A stretch of 64,000 bases of DNA from the NCBI RefSeq assembly GCF_009914755.1, contig NC_060926.1, one strand, 5' to 3'. This document shows positions 56,413-64,000 of the stretch, piece by piece (position 1 is the stretch's first letter; every line of letters starts with the position of its first letter). The DNA is from the human T2T-CHM13v2.0 reference genome, Homo sapiens. A program made the position numbers and the translations under genes. The notes under the pieces were generated by a model that saw only the letters and a list, made by a program, of their open reading frames with translations, ran no database searches and was not told where the DNA came from.

Positions 56413-58755
56413 TGAAACACCATGGCTAAGCATCCATTGTAGATCTTAAAACTTCCCAAATTGTGCACACTTTGCATATTCAAACATAGCAAGAGCTATG
56501 AACTGTTTCTAACCTAGAGACTGCAAATATCACAAGTTTCTATAGACTCTAAGACCCAATTTTAGTGTTTATAATCAACAAACTCTTCAATGCAGAGGGC
56601 ACTTCTTTGTATGAGTTTCCATCTAGGGAGGATGCGAGAAGAGTTAGGAAAGTAAGTTTCCTTTGATTTTTTTTCTCTTCGTTTTTTTCGTGGAGACTAA
56701 ACCCACTTACAATCTTTACCAACCTAAATAATATTCACCATGTAAGTATCTGTTACAGAAGAACAAGTCATCAAATGCTGGTGGTATGCATAATCCAAAA
56801 TTCTAGGAGTCTATAGATATCCCTGATGGTATTTTGTAAACACTGTTCAACAAATTTGTAAACTGAGTTGAATTGGAGCTACCAAATGCCCCCAGAAATA
56901 AATGTTTTTCCATCTCATCTTTTAGCTTGAAGCCACCAAATCTTTAAGAGGCTTTAGAGAGTTGGTAGTAGCTATGTTGATTGGGCCTAAGAATCAGCCA
57001 AGATAGAAATCAATTCCACATATTCAGCTATGCTTTAACCTGGGGTGAGAAAGGCTCTTGGCTTCTTACAAAAGTCTTTCCACGTTATTTCTTTCTCTGC
57101 TATGTACATGTCAATACCTAACTTTGGCTGGCTATGATGGGGGGTTATTTGATGGGATATGTGGAGAGAGCTAGCTTCATCTACTTAGAGTTTGTGAACG
57201 TAGTGGTGGAAGAAATTGCCTCCCTTGGATGTATATGCAAGTTGCTCCTATTGAAGTAAACTTGTAAATTCATGCTTTAAAATAAAAGCACTTTAAGCAA
57301 TTAGTCACAAAGTACTTTATTGATCTACAACTTTCAGTCAGGATTATGAGAAGCAGTAGAATCTCTAATCTCTAAAGACTCATGTAACAGGTTAACTGTC
57401 CTGATGGAGGCAAACTTATTTAATATAAGTTGTGGGTGTTTTGTTATCTCTACATCAAATTACATCAAAACTATTCTCTTACTCTTGTTGTACTGCCTTT
57501 ATTTGATGAAGTTTTTGTTTATTACTGATGTATTTGGGTTTCTCTGAATCAGCAGACATGCCTTCATATTTTATAGAAGTCTCATCTAAGATGGAAGGGT
57601 AATGTGGGAACACAGGAGCCTTCTGAATGAATCCCATGTCCAGAGTGATGAGTTAATATCTTTGAGTTGATATTAACTTGACTGAACTTCTATTGCTAAC
57701 TCTACAAAAATTTCCTGACACGAATCAAAATTAGTGCATGGCTTCCAAGACCACTCACTACCCAGTTGTCTTGCTAAAGAATGGGCCTTGGTTATGTTTT
57801 GAAGATGACACTGTAATACACTTTGAGCATCAGATTCTTGTAGGTTTTCACCATCTTCCCATGAAGACATACTGAATCCTACCTTAAGAGATCTTTTAGA
57901 TCACTTTTCCTTTCCTTTTCACTTTGCATAATTTTTTTCTTTGGAGAAAGAACAAAATACAGAAATTAAATACATATGACAGAGATCAAATACTTTAGTT
58001 ATACATTTTTTGCATAATTACTGGGAATTTCCTAGATTCCTATCATTAACAAGAGAAAGTTATATTAGCCAAAGTATAAATAGCAGTCCTAGAAGAAGTA
58101 AAATTAGGGAAGCTGAAGAGTTTGGGCTGTATACAGTCTAAATCTAGGCATATTTTAAGAGATAAAAATTAAAATGGTAAAAATCCCTTCAGGAAAGAAT
58201 TGAATTGTCATAAACCAAGTTTACTGGATAAGCTAAAGTGTCCTCTTTTTGAGAAAATTTAGGTTTACAGAACCTTCTTTTTTAGAATCCTTCTTTCCCT
58301 CTAAAGGGTTCTGTGACAGGTATATGAAGTGGCAGAATCCTTAACAGAAAGTATTTAGATAAAGATGGTCCATTTATAACTATATAGAGTGAGCAGTTGT
58401 AGTAACCATTCAGAACAAGCTAATTCCATTGCTTGATTTACTCATCAGAAAACTGGATGGATTTGGGAGATATTTGGGGATAAACTTTATAGACTATCTT
58501 GATAGGTTAATTAAGAATGGAAAGGTGATAGAAATCACCTATCAAGATAATTCATCATACAGCAGTTCACTCGACTGATTGATGGACAGCGCCATTGCAT
58601 GTTTTGTCATGAGTTAAGCATAATCTTATATATATCAAAATCATCTTAAGCAAGTAATACTTTTCCATAGCACACTTCTTTAAGGAAGCTTTCTATGAAA
58701 TATCCATTCAGTCTCAAGGAACATATGTGAGCTGAGGAGAATAAGAATTAATGTA

Positions 58756-59052
58756 GGCCGAGTGCATTGGCTCTTGCACTTTGGGAGGCTGAGGAGAGAG
58801 GATCACTTGAGTCCAGGAGTTCAAGACCAGCCTGTGGAACATAGTGAGACCACATCTCTACAAAAGTGAAAATTTAGCCAGGCATGGTAGTGTGTGTCTG
58901 TAGTCCTAGCTATTCAGGAGACTGAGGCAGGAGGATTTCTTGAGCCCAGGAGTTTGAGGCTGCAGTGAGCTATGATTATGCCATTGCACTTCAGGCTGGG
59001 TGACACAGAGAAACCCTGTCTCAAATTAAAAAAAAGAATTATTGTAGAAAAT
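58756..59052 (+). mobile_element. Alu, AluJ-like
   Basis: gagcccaggagtttgaggctgcagtgagctatgatt; TSD aagaatta(a/t)tgta. Confidence 0.9.
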
Positions 59053-59064
59053 GCCAAGTTCTAA

Positions 59065-59272
59065 ACACTTTATATACATTGACTCATTTAATCCTCCTAA
59101 CAGCTCTTGAGACAGAAACTATTTTTGTGATCCTCACTTTATAAATGAGCAAACTGAAACACAAAAAAGATTAAATCAATTGTCCAAGATTACATAACTA
59201 GTAAGTAAGGAACCAGAATTGAAAAAGATAGTCTAGTTCTAGAGTCCTGGATCCTAACTGTATATTATGCTC
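59065..59272 (-). mobile_element. MIR
   Basis: cattgactcatttaatcctcctaacagctcttgag...cactttataaatgagcaaactgaaacac...tgtccaagattacataactagtaagt. Confidence 0.75.
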
Positions 59273-59320
59273 CCTCCCTGGGTGTAATGTACTGCCTTTT
59301 ATGTTTTTGGCTTTTCTTAG

Positions 59321-59898
59321 TGTGATGATTAATTTTAGGTGTCAATTTGACTGGATTGAGGGCTGGTGAGGTACTGATTTTGGGTATGGCTGTGAGGGTA
59401 TGTCCAGAAGAGATTGACCCATGAGTTAGTGAACTGGGCCACCCTCAATGTGGGCAGGCACCATCCAGTCAGTTAGGGATGTAGGTAAAGCAATGCAGGC
59501 AGGAAAAGGGAGACATTCGTCTTGCTCAGCTTTTTCTTTTGGCCTCTCTGTCTCTCTCTTCCTGAGTAGACACCTTTTTATCCTTTGCCCTTGGACACCA
59601 GACTCCAGGTTCTTTGACCCTTAAACTCTGAGATGCAGTAGCCACCTCCTGGGGCACTCTAAGGCCGTTAGCCTCAGACTGGGGCTGCATTCTTGGCCTC
59701 CTTGGTTTTGAGGCTTTCAGACTGAGATGGTCACACTACCGGCTTCTCTCAAAGCCACGCTACAAACTGCTTCTTCATCTTGCAGACGGCCTATCGTGGT
59801 GAGACTTTGCCTTTGTGACAGTGTGAGCCAATTTTCCCCAATAAATTCCCTTTCATGTATATTCTATTGGTTCTGTCCCCCTGGAGAACCCTAATACA
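59321..59898 (+). mobile_element. MLT2 (MLT2B-like) 5' LTR of an ERV-L provirus
   Basis: tgtgatgattaattttaggtgtcaatttgactggattgaggg...aataaattccc...ctggagaaccctaataca. Confidence 0.88.
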
Positions 59899-62800
59899 GA
59901 CACTGATGCCAGGAATGGTTCTAGAGGAACAGTATTCTTAAAAGGAATTTCCTTAATTGGTTTTGGGATTTCTGGAACTGACTTTATAATCTGATTAAAC
60001 CTAAATAGTCTTTGGCGTGAACTGTTTATAGAGATACACAAAATAAAGGCACTTGATGCTTCTAATTCACCACTTTCAGGAGGTAAGGAGTTCAGTGACT
60101 ATATGCATACCTTCCAACTCTGGTGGGAAACCAAGAAATGATAATGAAGTTAGTTGGGTGCTCTTAATATCACTGGACAAAGTGAGGAAAGAAAAAGATG
60201 AGCTCAGGGATTCCAACTCCCAGCTCCAGATGCATATACATACCCTAAAAGTTTCTAAGTGTGTCCTGAAGGAGAAGGAGAATCTCCTCTTCTTTAGCCA
60301 TGGGACTTAAACTGCTGAAAATCAAACACAAGCCTTCAGCATCCATCGGCTGAGTTACAAAGAAAGGTGAACTCTCAGCCTTTACTGGTATCTAGTGTTA
60401 AAGTGAGGATGTTGGTTGGGGAAAAAAAAAATGGAATTATCTAAATGGGGATGGAGATGTGTGGGATGATCCTGATGGAGCTGGGGGCATTGAGCTCGTA
60501 AATTCTGAAGAGTATTTTTTGCCAAGGTGACTGTCCTCTCCACCTCCAGAGGCAGTGGCACCCCCACCCACAATGGTATCTCTTTTCCACCCCTCTCTGG
60601 GATTAACTGCATTGTCAGAAAAAAGAGTAATGGTCTCCCCTGCAGCAGTTGCCGGGCAAGACAATGCTGATTCTCCTTGAGACCCACCCCTACCACCCCT
60701 CTTTGCTTCTAAACCTGTAACTAGACTGAAATCCCAGAGGGGAGGTTCAGAGTGTGACCCACAAGGAGGTGCGCTATACTCCAAAAGAACTACTTGAGTG
60801 TTCTAACTGATACCAGCAGAAATCCAAGAAACATGCGTGGGAATGGATATTAAGGATGTGGGATTATGGTGGAAGAAACAAAGAATAAGGTCAAATTTAT
60901 TGATATGAGCCCACTAAGCATATATTCTGCATTTAATATTGAAGCTCAAGGAGTGAAAAAAGGCACTATAAGTTTATTTGGCTGACTGGCTGAAACATGG
61001 ATCAAAAAATAGACCACCCCAGGAGTGAGCTGGGGATGCCTGATCTACCTTGGTTTCATTTAGAGGAGGGAATTAAAAGGCTTAAGGAAATTGGAATGAT
61101 ACAGTGGACTTGTCACATAAAACCTACTCCCCCACACTGGGAGGGTCCAGAAGATACACCTTTCACTAATATTTTAAGAAATAAATTTGTGAGGGGAGCA
61201 CCAGCATCCTTAAAGATCTCTGTGATTGCTCTTCTCTGCATTCCAGAACTTATAGTGGGAACTACAATCACTCAATTAGAAAACAAATGCAATGGGAATA
61301 ATTGGATCCCTGGGTGGCAGGAGCCAAGCGATGGCACTCAAATGTCAAAGGCAAGGTGGGCGTAGTTACTGGAATTAACAGCAGAGGCAAAGCAACAATC
61401 AGAATAATCTGACTTGTGTAGACCTCCAGCACTGGCTAATTAATCATGATGTTCCTAGAAGTAAAATAGATGGGAAGCTTACTATGCTCTTACTTGAACT
61501 GTAGAAGCACAAAATTTCTGGGTCAAGTGAAGAAAAGTCTAACTCAAATCTTGACAACAGGGAATCACTGCCCCTCAATCAATTTCTAGACTTGAGCCAG
61601 TTTACAGACCCAGAGCCCTTTAAGTGAAGGGGAGACCAGGTCCTGTTGAGGAAAGACTCTGGTGCACTACATAAAATTTATACTGTTAATCTTTCTCTTA
61701 TACTTCCCCAAAGGGACCTCTGGCCTTGTATCAGGGAAAGGAAAATAATCAGGCTTTTCAGGGATGACTGGCCACTGGCTCTGAACTGACATTGATCCCA
61801 AGAGACTGAAAACATCACTGTGGCCCTCCAGTTATAGTAGAGGTTAGGGGAGTCAGGTGATTCATGGAGCTTTAGCTCAGGTCCAGTGGTCCCCGAACCC
61901 ATAAGGTAGTTATTTCCCCAGTTCAAAATGCATTATTGAAATAGACAGACTTAGCAGCAGACAGAATCCCCACATTGGTTCCCTAACTAGTGGGTGAAGA
62001 TTATTATGATAGGAAAGGCCAAATGGAAGCTATTAGAACTGCCTGTACCTAAGACAATAGTAAATAGAAAACAAGGTAGCATTCTTGAAGGGTTTGCAGA
62101 GACTAGTGCAACCATCAAGGACTTGACAGATGCAGAGGTGGTGATTTTCACCATGTCCCCATTCAACTCTCCTATTTGGCTTGTACAGAAGACAGATGGA
62201 TCCTGGAGAATGGCAATGGCTTATTGTAAGCTTACCCAAGTCGTGACTCTAATTGCAACTGCTACACCCAATGTAGTTTCATTCTTGAACACATTAACAC
62301 ATCTGGTGCCTGTTATGCAGCTATTGTTCTGGTAAATGCTTTTTCTCCATACCTGTCCATAAGGCCCACCAGAAGCAATTTGATTCACTGGCAAGGCCAG
62401 CAATATACCTTTGCCCTCCTACCTCAGGGGTATACCAACCCTTCAGCCCTATGTCATAATCTATTTTGCAGGGATCCTGATTGCTTTTCCCTTCCTCAAG
62501 CTATCACCCTGTTCACTTCATTGATGATATTATGTTAATTGGACCTAGTGAGCAAGAAGTAACAACCACTGTGGATTTATTGGCAAGACATGTGCATTGT
62601 CAGGGGGCAGGAAATAAATCCAACTAAACTTCAGGGGCCTTCCATTTCAGTGAAATTTCTAAGGGTCCAGTGGTGCAGGGCCTGTGGAGATAACCCTTCT
62701 AAAGTAAAGAGTTGTTGCATCTGGCCCCTCCTATAACTGAGAAAGAAGCACAATTCCTAGTGGACCTATTTGGATTATAAAGGCGACATATTTGGGTGTG

Positions 62801-64000
62801 TTAACCTAGCCCATTTACTGGGTGACACAAAAAACTGCTAGTTATGAGTGGGGCACAGAACAGGAAAAGACTGCAACAAGTCCAGGCTGCTATGCAAGCT
62901 GCTCTGCCACTTGGGCCATGTGACCCAAGAGCTCCAATGGTCCTTGCTGTATCAGTGGCAGATAGGTATGCTGTTTGGAGTCTTTGGCAGGGCCCTACAG
63001 GTGAATCACAATAGAGGTCTTTAGGATTCTGGAATGAGGCCTGGCATCATCTGCAGATAACTACTCTCCTTTTGCGAGGTAGCTCTTGACCTGCTACTAG
63101 GCCTTAGTAAAAGCTGAATGCTTGGCCTTGGGCCAGCAAATTACCATGTGACCTGAACTACCTACCATTAACTGGGTGTTATTTGGCCCATTAAGCCATA
63201 AAGTTGGGGAGACACAGCAGTATTCTATCGTCACATGGTAGTGGTATACACACGATCAGGCTGAAGCAGGTCCTGAAGGCACAAGTAAGTTACATGAAGA
63301 AGCCCAAATGCCCATAGTCCTCACTCCTTCTACACTGCCTCCTCTCTCCCAGTTTGTACTATGCCTTCATGGGGAGTTCCCTACAATCAGTTGACAGAGG
63401 ACAAGAATACATGGTCCAATGGTTTGGCTGGATGGTCAAGGACTTGGAAGGAACATAATTGGAATATTGGTAACACAGAAATTTGGGGAAGAGTTATGTG
63501 TATAGACCTCTCTGAGTGGGCAAAAAATATAAAAATATTTGTGTTCCATATGAATACTCACCAAAAGGTGACCTCAGCAGAGGAGGGTGTTAATAATCAA
63601 GTGAATAAGATGACCCATTCTGTGGATACCAGTCAGCCTCCTCCTCAGCTACCATTGTCATTGCCCAGTGAACTCATGAACAAAGTGACCATGGTGGTAG
63701 GGATAGAGGTGATTCATGGGCTCAGCAACATGGGCTTCCACTCACCAAGAGTGATCTGGCTACTGCCTCGCCATAGACTGAGCACTCACAGACCAATAGT
63801 GAGCCCTAATATGGCACCATTCCCCAGGGCAGATTGATTCCATTAGACTACTTCCATCACAGAAGGGGCAGCATTTTGTCCTTACTGGCATAGACACTTA
63901 GTATGGATATGGATTTGTCTTCCCTGCATACAATGCTATTGCCAAAACTACCATCTGTAGACTTATGTAATGACTTATTCACTGCCATCCTATTCCACAC
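59899..64000 (+). mobile_element. ERV-L internal region: decayed gag-pro-pol, runs off the window
   Basis: Leader ccaggaatggttctagaggaacag; gag-like peptide (HWEGPEDTPFTNILRNKFVRGAP); degenerate protease LATGSELTLIP (~61770-61800); RT motifs SPFNSPIWLVQKTDGSWRM, LPQGY, HFIDD (62514-62528); many stops and frameshifts. Confidence 0.9.

Noticed and set aside
59348-59359. Possible DUX4 site in the MLT2 LTR (tgactggattga)
   Set aside because: Deviates from the TAAYYYAATCA core; binding cannot be claimed from sequence.
60997-63837. ERV-L ORFs of 113-158 aa as a domesticated gene
   Set aside because: Fragmented by stops and frameshifts with mutated catalytic residues; no sign of a preserved frame.

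Overview
AT-rich, CpG-depleted primate genomic DNA (human or great ape, judged from Alu/L1PA content). It holds the convergent 3' ends of two genes I recognise from their translated C-termini: PPP1R1C on the + strand (last coding exon 16278-16366, ...GVKHLKGQNESAFPEEEEGTNEREEQRDH*) and PDE1A on the - strand (terminal coding exon 46222-46106, ...GESDLHKNSEDLVNAEEKHDETHS*, then a ~3 kb 3'UTR exon 42109-~39095). In human this pair lies at 2q31.3-q32.1 (from memory, not looked up). The rest is intron or intergenic sequence full of transposons: 13 Alus, several L1s, MLT1, LTR27-like and THE1 LTRs, a decayed MLT2/ERV-L provirus, hAT and mariner MITEs, MIR and L2. None of the supplied ORFs is a real host gene. 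I see no new multi-gene system. The most interesting signals are mutational fossils: an L1 3' transduction with its own polyA signal and TSD, a twin-primed L1, a 65-bp templated insertion inside an Alu copied from 2.8 kb away, an L1 fragment bracketed by ~120-bp repeats, a duplicated LTR junction, and 165-bp direct repeats flanking the PDE1A terminal coding exon. There is also a candidate alternative PPP1R1C last exon. Repeat subfamily names come from recalled consensus sequences, and boundaries of old elements are approximate.
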